Under the pieces are notes generated by a model. It saw only the letters and a list, made by a program, of their open reading frames with translations. It searched no databases and was not told where the DNA came from. Shown in pieces: positions 1-10,957 of a stretch of DNA of 64,000 nucleotides (the stretch's first letter is position 1; each line of letters opens with the position of its first letter). Both the position numbers and the translations under genes were made by a program. Source of the stretch: Eledone cirrhosa (taxonomy: Eukaryota); contig OZ024747.1 in the NCBI GenBank assembly GCA_964016885.1, positions 43,276,001 through 43,340,000 of the forward strand, in the 5' to 3' direction.

Positions 1-278
1 TAAGACCTAATGATTGCGAAGTTAACTTGTTAACCATTCGTCAAAGCTGTGAGAACTAATAAGACTAATAAAGAAGATATAAACTAGTTCTTTAATAAAA
101 CAGTTAAAATGAAGCTTGTATTATTGAAAACATGATTTATGTTTTCAATAATACATGTTTTACTTATATACATAATGAACTTATCGATTTAAGAAAACAT
201 TTTGGTAATGGTTAACCTAGAATATAAGCACATATGTATGTATTTATGTATGTATGGATGTTTCTATGTATCAATGTA

Positions 279-348
<70 letters not shown>

Positions 349-427
349 ACCGTATTTATTGTTTTTAAAAACTATTTATCATTAAATTTATAAGAAAGCA
401 CGCACGTTTATTATTTTTCTGCTGTAA

Positions 428-618
428 GGCGGTGGAATGGCACTATCGGTAGAGGGTCGGACGCCATGCTTTGAAGCATAGAGTTACCTCCCTTTATGAT
501 CTGAGTTCAAATCCCGCTGAGGTTAACTTTGCCTTTCATCCTTACGGAGTCGATAAAATAAAGTACCAGTAATGCACTGGATAATTGCTGGCCTTGTGCC
601 AAAAGTAGAAACAATTAT
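428..618 (+). mobile_element. tRNA-derived SINE, family A (octopod-type), full length with TSD
   Basis: A-box-like TGGCACTATCGG, B-box GAGTTCAAATCCC, 3' end GGCCTTGTGCCAAAAGTAGAAACAATTA. TTATTTTTCTGCTGT is duplicated on both sides. At least 8 related copies in the window. Confidence 0.9.
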
Positions 619-1230
619 TTTTCTGCTGTGTACAAAACAACATCCTTCATGGCATGAGACCACTAAGTTTATTATTAAAATAGATTTAATTATTATTATA
701 TAGCTATGTTTAACGTTTTTACGATTAATATTATTCTTTTGTTTATTAAATACATATATATATAATTATTTCCAATATAGAAATGTTTTAGTAGATACAT
801 AGTCGACAGCAAATAAATAAATAAACAAGCGTGCTCTCTCTCTTCTTAAGCACTCAATATATTTAATTCCGAAATATGTTTAACTCTAAATACACATATT
901 ATTCCACACCACTATTAATAATTTTTTAATATTGTCCTTTATTTTTTTAAACACATTTTCTCAGAACTTTATCACGGAAAACTGCATCTTATCATGAATA
1001 TGAACAGTTGAAGCACACACTACTAACGTAGACATCATAAACTATAATTAAATTGACTATTGATGATATTGTCTCACTTTTAATTTTGTTAAAGAACATT
1101 TGAAAAAGACTCGTAGGGAGGCATGTAGTTCTTCCAGTTGAGGATTTCCCATGATTTTGCATCCTATTTGTTTATAATTATTGATATCGTCATCATAGTA
1201 AGTGATATATATATATATATATATATGAAT

Positions 1231-1422
1231 TAATTGTTTCTACTTTTGGCACAAGGCCAGCAATTATCCCAGTGCATTACTGGTACTTTATTTTATCGAC
1301 CCCGTAAGGATGAAAGGCAAAGTTAACCTAGGCGGGATTTGAACTCAGAATGGCAAGGGCCGTAACTCTATGCATCAAAGCATGGCGTCCAACCCTCTAC
1401 CGATACTGCCAATTCACCGCCC
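1231..1422 (-). mobile_element. SINE family A, full length
   Basis: Reverse complement of the 428-618 copy along its whole length. Confidence 0.9.
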
Positions 1423-1756
1423 TATATATGAATTAAAAATATGTAAAAATAAACTCTGATGACGCTGATTTTGAAGCAATTCCCGATGGTCTCAGTATAA
1501 AACATATGTAAATTTTAGAAAAGCAGTTTTTGAAAAATTAGAAAAATTTTTTTTAGAAAATAAAAAAATGTTTAAATATGTAACTATACAACCCTGAGAT
1601 GAAGTTCGATCGACTGAAAGACGTGTTAGTTTGAAAACTCATTGATTCTTTGGTGTTTTTTATGAATATTATAGATCAGCTCTGCATGAAGCTTAGAGCT
1701 TTCTGGTAAAGTTTCATCCTAATAATAACAATACTGTTATTAATATTATATATATA

Positions 1757-1965
1757 TTTCGTTTCTGAATTTGTTTAGCAAGATTCTTTATCTGAAATCG
1801 TGTGTTGAAACCGATATTGTTATACTTTGGGAGGGTCATGTTGCCAACCAGAAATTTATAAATTTATAAATTTGTAAATTTATAAATATATAATAAATTG
1901 AAGTGAAAGCAGCTGGTGCGTGTGTTTCTTATTGGCAACATGACCCTCCCAAAGTATAACAATAT
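1757..1965. mobile_element. Short fold-back copy of a TA-targeting terminal repeat (PLE pLTR-like family B)
   Basis: 34-bp inverted repeat 1814-1847/1932-1965. Same sequence as 4909-5453 with the centre missing. Flanked by (TA)n. Confidence 0.65.
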
Positions 1966-2133
1966 TATATATATATATAGAAAGGGTAGCACACTAGAGA
2001 GAGCGGGTGCGTGTGCCATCAATAAAACAGGGAGACCACCAGTGTATGGAATCTATAACCTATGGAAGGCAGGGTAGATACACAATAATTAAAAATATAA
2101 ATTAAAATGCGTATACGCACCTCTAAAACTATA

Positions 2134-2226
2134 TAACACACACGTGCAAATCCAAAAAGAGATCTGTTTCACCAAGAAATTATTGACTGAAATGGAAGCA
2201 CCTATGGTTCATCAGCGTGTGTGTTA
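2134..2226 (-). ncRNA. Type I hammerhead ribozyme motif with one core substitution (U16.1 to C)
   Basis: Minus strand: TAACACACACG CTGATGA ACCA..TGGT GAAA CAGATCT..GGATTTG C A CGTGTGTGTTA. Stem I 11 bp, stem II 4 bp, stem III about 7 bp. Triplet is GCA rather than GUA. Confidence 0.75.
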
Positions 2227-2552
2227 ATTTACAAATCTGCAGACTCAATTTCCGGGCCCCCTTTAAAATATGTAGTGACCCATACCATTCACTGAAATCA
2301 TACTAAACATTTTTCCCGAGGGCCGGAACCCCCCCCCCCCCCTGTACATACCCCCTGAAGTTGAGAATGGTCGAAAAGAAGGAAAAGTCCGCTATTATTG
2401 CACCTATACTCGATATTTTTTCGTCACAAGGGGGGTTTTGGGGGTCGATAAACTCATTTATGGTATTGTTTTTGCATTACGACCATCCAATATGCCAGAA
2501 ATCCAGGATGCCGGATATGGGAAACTGTTATTGGACCAACTATATTGACTAA

Positions 2553-3227
2553 CTAGCAGTAAAGCCCGGCGTTGCTCGGGGTCGCTCAGTAGCTGTGTTA
2601 AAGTTACAATGTTAAGTTTCTTTTTTGGCTTAAAGTCTGTCTGCACGACTGTCTGTCTGCACGACTGTCTGTCTGCACGCCTAACGAAATTTACAGATAC
2701 ATATATTTTAAATAAACTTATATAATTTTTGCTTTTTTTTACGAAATATTTGCTTGTTTTACGTAGTCTTTAAATAGACTTGTTTTCAAGTAAAAATATT
2801 GTTTTAAAAGGCTTTTAAATGGAAATGAAGCAAAACGGAAGCTTAGTGTTCGAACTGATGAATTTTGCAGGTCAAAATTTTGCTGGCTCGACAACTGTTC
2901 GTGTATTGTGTTAATGTCATTTTAAACGCTGAGAAAGTCAGCGTAATTTTTTTAATTTTTGCACGCAGAAAATGTAAACAGAACGTAAGACGCTCAATGT
3001 AAACAGAACAAAGGGAAATAACTCGTCACTTACGCTCAAAAATCGATACATTAGATTCGATTTCGTCACATAGGGTGGGTCAATTTGAAATATTTTTTTC
3101 CGATGTCTTCGCTAGGGCTCAATGTACAAGTATAGCAATTTCGGTGCAATTCCGTCAGAGATTCTAAGAGGAGATGTGTGCCAAAAATCGATAGACAGAC
3201 AGACAACCACAGCTTTATATATATAGA
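2553..3227 (-). mobile_element. Non-autonomous Helitron
   Basis: Minus strand starts TCTATATATATAAAGC and ends with GC-rich hairpin CCCGAGCAACGCCGGG then CTAG. It sits between A and T with no TSD and contains internal (GTCT)n-type repeats at about 2635-2680 and 3194-3205. Confidence 0.8.
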
Positions 3228-3346
3228 TATATCATTTTTCATGAATGGCATATTTTAAACGCATTTCCGAAGACAAAATGAGCTTAACTCTAGTCTATGG
3301 CTTGAAAAAATTATTATGCATGATTCATTGGTACATTATCATTGGT

Positions 3347-4300
3347 TTATTTTAAATTATAATTGTTCAACAAGTGATCTAAAGCATCTTTAAAGTCCTG
3401 AACAGTAGCATCCGCTTTGCAGCTGACTTTCTCCAGATAAACCCTTAGATTTCGCACGTAAGTATCCACATCTAGTTTCTGATAATTCCTTTTCAGTTTT
3501 AAAACGTCGCTTGTTTTTGGTATCGATAGCGAAGTGTCCCTTGCATATCTAATTTCTAAATACAACCTTTCTATTTTATCTGTTTCCGAAGCTGTATCGC
3601 TCTCCATATATGTATCTATCTTCTCCTTTTTAGTGAAAGGACCACCTACAGATTTTAGATAATCAAGGTCCTTGTTTCGTCGCTTGTCGGTGGCGATATT
3701 GGCATCTTCCTTGGTTGCGAGGCCTTCGCGTGTCAACTCCTCCTGTCTTACAGTCCATGCTTTCATAATTTCAGGTATTTGGCCGCCTTTTCTAACCAAC
3801 TTCCTGTATTTGACGAAAGACCCCGATTCATTTTCGATCAGGTCTTTAGCCTTCATCTTTACTTGAGATGAAGAAGCGGCAGCCAATTGTTTCGCGCCTC
3901 GGCGAGTCAATTTGTAATTAATAAAGCCCACGCCTCTTTCTGAATCGAGGTTGTGAATAGGCGCTTTTTCAAGTTTGGCAGTGTCTATCTTTGATAAGGC
4001 GTATGGAGAATCGCGAGCTTCTCCAAATCCGAATATGTCGCCCTTTTGCTTCTGGAAGCCATCACCCAACTTTGGTAAGAGTACCTTTATGACTTTGAGT
4101 ACATCATCTCTCAACTCGCAGGTCGCCGCATTTATCGCATCGCACATTTCGTCATCATATCGGATCTGTCTGAAACGTTCTTCTGATACGAAACTCAAAG
4201 CTGGTTGGTCGGTAGATAATAATTTGCTGGGATCAATATGTATCAAATCGTCGTATATCTTATTGAATGTTATCGCCAGTTTGGGATAGCCCGTCGCTTG
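3347..4300 (-). pseudogene. 5'-truncated C-terminal part of a probable DDE transposase (superfamily unassigned)
   Basis: Stop-free, protein-like frame. It extends upstream of the TTG at 4246 (QATGYPKLAITFNKIYDDLIH) to the foot of the palindrome at 4302. Motif APIHNLDSERGVG resembles the catalytic-Glu region of DDE transposases. No ATG start. Family assignment is from recall only. Confidence 0.6.
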
Positions 4301-4301
4301 T

Positions 4302-4615
4302 CAGACCTTCTATGTTATATATATAAAGGAGCGAACGACTTTCGTCAAATCGGACCGAGGAAACAATGTTTCCATCGGTTTTTTCCAATTGCTAATACTA
4401 TCTATTGGTCGCAACTCCAGGTAGAAGGAGCAACGTGAAATAAAGTGTCTCATTATGTCCTTGAGCAAGACACTTTATTTCACGTTGCTCCTTCTACCTG
4501 GATTTGCAACCAATAGATAGTATTAGCAATTGGAAAAACCGATGGAAACATTGTTTCCTCGGTCCGATTTGACGAAAGTCAATCGCTCCTTTATATATAT
4601 AACATAGAAGGTCTG
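4302..4615. repeat. Long inverted repeat (about 148-bp arms, about 18-nt spacer) overlapping a SINE central domain
   Basis: 4302-4450 is the near-perfect reverse complement of 4469-4615. The centre has TCCTTGAGCAAGACACTTTATTTCACGTTGCTCC, shared with the SINE at 9777-9810. Confidence 0.9.
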
Positions 4616-4668
4616 GTAAGATACCAGGTGGACTATAACGCACCAGAGTACTCAATACTTAGGGTAGT

Positions 4669-4780
4669 AGAGTCAGGACCCCGACTGCTGAGCTCTGGTC
4701 GTTTCGAGAGGTAGATCCGAACAGTTCGGGTCTAACTGTTGAAACGGTCGGAGCTCAGCCGTCGGGGTCCTGACTCTTTT
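4669..4780 (+). other. 109-nt GC-rich hairpin followed by TTTT (candidate structured RNA end)
   Basis: AGAGTCAGGACCCCGAC pairs with GTCGGGGTCCTGACTCT. The stem continues to the centre with 5 G-U pairs and 3 mismatches. Confidence 0.7.
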
Positions 4781-5497
<717 letters not shown>

Positions 5498-5499
<2 letters not shown>

Positions 5500-5582
5500 T
5501 TGCTCTACAGTTCTTATATATTTGATATATATTTATCCTTATCGAGCCCTCTTTGGATTTTAGTCTTCAAATTTATTATTAT

Positions 5583-5586
<4 letters not shown>
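5498..5586 (+). mobile_element. Extreme 3' tip of PLE family C terminal region
   Basis: Near-identical to the reverse complement of 11351-11443 and flanked by (TA)n. Confidence 0.75.
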
Positions 5587-5624
<38 letters not shown>

Positions 5625-5964
5625 ATACAAGCATATTAATGGAAAATTTAACTTCTTTCATCCAAAAATCATATTTATTTTTTTACACATATTTCAAAAG
5701 ATATATGAATTCTATTCTATAAAATGTTGGTAAACATTTCACATAACCTATGCCATCTATAGGTGTGGATATATTGTAATAGAGTCATATTCCTTCTATT
5801 CAGATAGACGATAAAAGTTTTTATATTGAATAAGGTTGTCAATGAAACATCAATTTTACCTTTAAACCAATAACCCCACAAATATTATTAACTCATTAAA
5901 AAATCATGTACCTAAACCTAATAATAATATCAAAAACCCTAATATATACCCTATCAATATTATA

Positions 5965-6142
5965 GCAGTATTGGTAGAGGGTCTGACGCCATGCTTTGCA
6001 GCATAGAGTTACAGCCCTTTATGGTCTGAGTTCAAATCCCACTGAAGTTAACTTTGCCTTTCATCCTTACGGGGTCCATAAAATAAAGTAGCAGTAATGC
6101 ACTGGGTAATTGCTGGCCTTGTGCCAAAAGTAGAAACAATTA
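5965..6142 (+). mobile_element. SINE family A, slightly 5'-truncated
   Basis: Matches 428-618, including B box and 3' end. Confidence 0.88.
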
Positions 6143-6415
6143 TAAATAAATATGCTGGTTTGCTTCTCACATCTAACAATAAGTTTTGTATACATATAAA
6201 TAACAATCCTAAATGTCAAGTAAAACCACCTAATTGTAACATTGATAGAAGCAACCTTAGCCTGATGACAAACACCCACCTATCACATATTCCTCAGAAT
6301 AAGAAAAAATGGTAGATCAATTAGAATAACAAACATTATATACATTATATAGGTATCTCCTTGGGCCCTGGTTTTATTTGTTATTCAATGTGAAATAACT
6401 AAGCATGTGTATTAA

Positions 6416-6862
6416 CCCTTTCATGACTACATTTTCAATGCAATACACTCTATTTTAATGAATTAATGCAAAATATTGAGGGATTTACTAAAATTATTAA
6501 TTATTCCATTATTAAGATAGTAACTTAATGTAAGGTTTTATATAAAATTATGTTGGAAGATTTAAATTTAACCCTTTAGCATTTACATTACTCTACATTT
6601 ACTATTATATTTTCACAGTAGAGGCTTTATCTCACTTAATTATCTCACATAATATCGAATCTATGAGATTTTTATTTTGAGAACAATACCTTAACATCAG
6701 TATGAGTGGCCAGTTACAGACAGTTTGAACATAAAGAGGTGAGAGAATTTGGGCCTGATACGGCCAGTTTAAATGCTAAAGGGTTTAATTGGAAACCTTT
6801 AAAATGGGTGGTTTTGTTTCATTGAATCAGAGCTGGTTTAGGCCAGGTTGGTAACTAAAGGG
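6416..6862. mobile_element. piggyBac-like MITE (outer) containing a second piggyBac-like MITE at 6572-6783
   Basis: TTAA|CCCTTT...AAAGGG|TTAA outer termini. Inner TIRs CCCTTTAGCATTTA/TAAATGCTAAAGGG at a TTAA site. Confidence 0.75.
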
Positions 6863-7369
6863 TTAAGTGCACTTATAAGTAGATTGGATTGTGAAAATGG
6901 CAGAATTTTCTTGAAGTAAAAGTAATGAAACTAGAACTGCAAAAATCAAATGAAAACATAGTCACCAGCAATGTCATAATTGGTTTTAAGAATTGACTTT
7001 GGGAAATAGTCTGACTTCTTTCCATTCAACCATATAAATGTCTTTATATCTTCTTAATTCCAATCAGTTACAGCTGGAATTCATTTGGGTAGGTGGATGT
7101 AGTCAGCACTTTCTGCTTTCTCCTGAAAATTTCAAATCAGATTTTATAGAGTGCACCGAGGAGACTTAGAGTGTCATTCTGCCATTAAATTCCAATTACT
7201 ATTTCTATGTTGGAACAAAGGCCCAAATTTATTGATATTTAATTTTTAGCAAACTACTTCACAACCCCCCCCCCCCCTCACCACACACATACACACACGT
7301 TATATTCTTTTGCACTTGAACGCCTAGACATTAACAAACCTGCCATACAAACTTTGTTGATGCTATTGA

Positions 7370-7583
7370 GGCTGTTTTTGTAGTTGTTGCTGCTACTACT
7401 ACTACTACTGTTGTTGATATTGTTGTTGTTGCTACTGCTGTTTTTGTTGTTGCTGGTGTTGTTGATGTTGTTGTTGCTGATGTTGTTGATGTTATTGTTG
7501 TAGTGGCTGCTGCTGCTGTTGTTGTTGTTGCTGTTGTTGGTGATGTTGTCGATGTTGCTGTTGCTGTTGCCGCTCCTGTTGTC
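7370..7583. repeat. Degenerate (GTT/GCT/GAT)n trinucleotide tract
   Basis: Direct reading. Confidence 0.9.
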
Positions 7584-8046
7584 TAATCTGTATCAGAATT
7601 GAACAATTCTATAATTAAAGACATCTAAGCCATGATCATTCCAGGCGAGTGAATCTAGGCAAACAACTTACTGAGCTTAATTATCCAGAGACACCATCTG
7701 CATGAAAAACAATAGTCAAGTGAATGATAACATATTCAATGCAGTGAGCATTAAATAACTAATTAGAAATGATAATGCATTGAGAAAAAGACGAGATTGT
7801 TTTAATCACTAATATTGTTTTAATCATATGAGGACTAAGGTAAAAAACTTTGTACGTTTCATTCTTATTAAGCCTCATCTTCAGAGCATAGTGTTTCATC
7901 ATATTAATATGACTAGAACTACATTTAGTGTGCCCTTCTTCCTTTAAAGTAGTTTGGTTTAATTTGAGGGAGTATAATTTCAAGATGGACGGATAGACAT
8001 TCTCAAAGTATATTTAACTGATCAATGATACCCCAGTACATCATGG

Positions 8047-8390
8047 TTTCTATGGTTGGGTACTCTTCTTAATGCCAACTATCTTACAGGGTGTATTGAG
8101 TGTGTTTATATTTTCATGGCACCACCACTATCACTTTACTGGCTGTACTGAGTGAATTTTTCTGTGGCACTGACACTAACACTAACACTTTACAGGATGT
8201 ACTGAGTATGTTTTATTCATGGAACCACCACTATCATTTTACTGGCTGTACTGAGTGAATTTTTCTGTGGCACTGACAGTAACACTAACACTTTACAAGA
8301 TGTACTGAGTATGTTTTATTCATGGCACCATCACTATCACTTTATGAATTGTACTGGGTGAAAGTTTTCCTGACACCAGAGCTAACACAG
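8047..8390 (-). repeat. SINE-tail-derived tandem repeat, about 103-bp period made of two about 50-bp subunits, about 3 periods
   Basis: CCAYCACTATCA and GTACTGAGT motifs recur. The unit resembles the reverse complement of 9884-9960 of the SINE. Confidence 0.65.
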
Positions 8391-9155
8391 GGTATACTGT
8401 AGAGAGGTTGTCACATGCTTGTCTAGATGGAATAGTCTTCTCAAGCTCTATATTGTCTCTGTATGATCACCTAACTGTAGCTTCCAGTCTCTCACAACAT
8501 ACATGTTTTGTACATGTACAGTATATGTAAAAAAAGGTGGGGTATGGGTAGTAGATGGAGAGATTGTGAGACACAGAAAGCAAGGAGTGGGAGGTGAAAT
8601 GAACCATTCACCAATATTTGGTAAGCTGTCAGTGATTCTAGTAAAAGTAATCTATTATTATATCTCCATCCAATTACCTTTATTCTCACAACAATGCTCA
8701 TTGCAAATGATTCATCATTATCACATGACCACTCAAAATCACAAGAAGCAATGACTGTAAATGTTTGTAAAATATTTATTGTTCAACAGAAATATTCAAT
8801 AATGAAAGTATTTTAATTAAAAAAAAATATATTAATATAATAAGCAAGAAGAGAGGAAATAGATAAAAAGGGGGCAAGTGAAAATATCAAATAATGAAAA
8901 TGGGAAAGGAGGGGAAGAATTAACACTGGTGATGATGTGGTATATCACAGTTTTGTCCTATGGGTTAGATAGTGAAATCATTGCCAAGGACGGTAAATTA
9001 GTTTCCAACTTCTAGTATTCACTTGAGAATATTTTTACAACTAAAACCTTGCCAGAACTAGTGAGGATACATTTACATGTCTGTTTGACATAATGGACTA
9101 TCTGGTCATATATCAGGCATTATCAACATCATCATCATTTTTATGCCCAATTTTA

Positions 9156-9231
9156 CAGCTGGATGCCCTTTATGATGCTAACCCATAAAAAGGGACTAAA
9201 ATGGGTTAGCATCATAAAGGGCATCCAGCTG
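9156..9231. repeat. Perfect 31-bp inverted repeat, 14-nt spacer
   Basis: CAGCTGGATGCCCTTTATGATGCTAACCCAT (9156-9186) and its reverse complement (9201-9231). Confidence 0.95.
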
Positions 9232-9675
9232 AAGATCCCGTTAAGGGTGAAAGCAGCGATTCTTTACTTAAGATCCCGTTAAGGATGAAAGCAGAGATTC
9301 TTTGCTTAAGATTCCGTTAAGGGTGAAAGCAGCGATTCTTTGCTTAAGATCCCGTTAAGGGTGAAAGCAGCGATTCTTTGCTTAAGATCCCGTTAAGGGT
9401 GAAAGCAGCGATTCTTTGCTTAAGATCCCGTTAAGGGTGAAAGCAGCGATTCTTTGCTTAAGATCCCGTTAAGGGTGAAAGCAGCGATTCTTTGCTTAAG
9501 ATCCCGTTAAGGATGAAAGCAGAGATTCTTTGCTTAAGATCCCGTTAAGGATGAAAGCAGAGATACTTTGCTTAAGATCTCGTTAAGGGTGAAAGCAGCG
9601 ATTCTTTGCTTAAGATCCCATTAAGTGTGAAAGCAGCGATTCTTTGCTTAAACTTTAATCTGTTATTTTAATAAA
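9232..9675 (+). repeat. 11 x 38-bp minisatellite derived from PLE family C terminus, ending in the unique PLE 3' sequence
   Basis: Unit AAGATCCCGTTAAGGGTGAAAGCAGCGATTCTTTGCTT (starts at 9232, 9270 ... 9612), then AAACTTTAATCTGTTATTTTAATAAAT(TA)n as at 13860-13885. Confidence 0.92.
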
Positions 9676-9690
9676 TATATATATATATAA

Positions 9691-10038
9691 TGGAGACACA
9701 TGGCTTACTGGTTAGAGCATTGGCCTTGCAATCGAAAGGTTGTGAGTTCAATTCTAAGACCGGGTGATGTGTTGTTTCCTTGAGCAAGACACTTTATTTC
9801 ACATTGCTCCAGTTTACTCAGCTGTAGAAATGAGATGATAGGGACTGAGGTCCCTATCATTCCACTGCAAAGTGGTCGTGGAGGTGCCACGGCAAAAAAA
9901 AGCACCCAGCACTCACTGTAAATGAGGTTGGTGTTAGGAAGGGCATCCAGCTATAGAAATCAAGCCAGAATCAGTTCCCGTCCCACCCTTGCAAGCAGGG
10001 AAAAAGTGGACGTAAAATGAAATTATGATGATGATGAT
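9691..10038 (+). mobile_element. tRNA-derived SINE family D with CORE-like domain and RTE-derived 3' tail
   Basis: A box TGGCTTACTGG, B box GAGTTCAATTC, CCTTGAGCAAGACACTT domain, 11-bp hairpin at 9835-9860, 3' end matching the RTE end at 10260-10301, (GAT)n tail. Confidence 0.85.
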
Positions 10039-10192
10039 ATACATATATATATTACTCCAGTAAACTGTTGAGTGCTCTATATCAGTTATAAACCTTTAAG
10101 TTTGTTGGAATCCCAACAAATTAAATAAAACTTCTGCATATATATATATATAAATATATATATGTAAGGTATATATATATATATATATATGT

Positions 10193-10230
<38 letters not shown>

Positions 10231-10246
10231 AGGTGTATATATATAT

Positions 10247-10600
10247 ATCATCATCACATCATTTTACGTCCGCTTTTCCCTGCTTGCAAGGGTGGGACGG
10301 GTCTCATTCAGCACAGCATCTCTCCACTTGTCACGGTCCTTCGTCATCTCCACTGTGAGCTTCAGCGATCTGAGGTCTGTTCTCACCACCTCCGCCCATG
10401 TTTTTCATGGTCTACCTCTACCATGTCTTCATTCAACTGGCATTTGCTGGCACTTCTTCACCCATTGGTCATCCTCCATGCACATCACATGTCCATACCA
10501 CCTCAGTCTCCTCTCTCAAACACTACATTCTATCCCTCTCAGACACAGTTTCTTTCTCAACACATCCATGCTGGGTCTTTCACGCACATTAACATTGCAA
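10247..10600 (-). mobile_element. RTE-clade LINE 3' fragment
   Basis: Minus-strand translation ERRLRWYGHVM...HGRGRP*KTWAEVV..DRDKWR, typical of the RTE C-terminus. In-frame stops and a (GAT)n tail. Confidence 0.88.
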
Positions 10601-10957
10601 TATATATATAGATATATAGCTATACAAGATATTGTCTTTGGTTTCTCTAGTTCAGAGTTAAAGTAACCTATATCGATGAAACATGTAAATGCTACAAATA
10701 AATCGTACTGTATTGCTTATCTGTGTAAACATTTTTATTTAGCTATCTATCTATATATATGTATATATATATACAAATATAATTTCAGCGAGATTCGTAT
10801 TTCGGCAGGGTCAAAAACAAGCGAAACGTAATATCCGAGTTATGCTGGCAAGCGCTCCATGGACCAAAAAGAGACCAGAGCAATAAACATAGGTTATAAA
10901 GGCCAAACAAAAAGAGATGGCGGTTAAGAAGCCATCAACCACCATATATGTATATAT

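Noticed and set aside
428-520. tRNA gene candidates at SINE heads (also 9691-9770)
   Set aside because: A and B boxes are present, but they continue into SINE bodies with tails and TSDs and lack a proper cloverleaf.
1588-1635. Possible hammerhead CTGAGATGA AGT..ACT GAAA GACGTGTTA
   Set aside because: 2-nt insertion in the core, mismatched stem III and poor stem I; at best a decayed remnant.
2855-2882. CTGATGA followed by hairpin ATTTTG/CAAAAT
   Set aside because: No GAAA or stems I/III; lies within the Helitron.
8078-8090. AACTATCTTACA match to the 51-bp satellite, and ATCCAGCTG shared with SINE tails
   Set aside because: Matches of 9-12 bp in AT-rich DNA are too short to infer that the satellite derives from the SINE.
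10670-10695. GAAACATGTA palindromic stem III-like motif
   Set aside because: No upstream CUGANGA core found.
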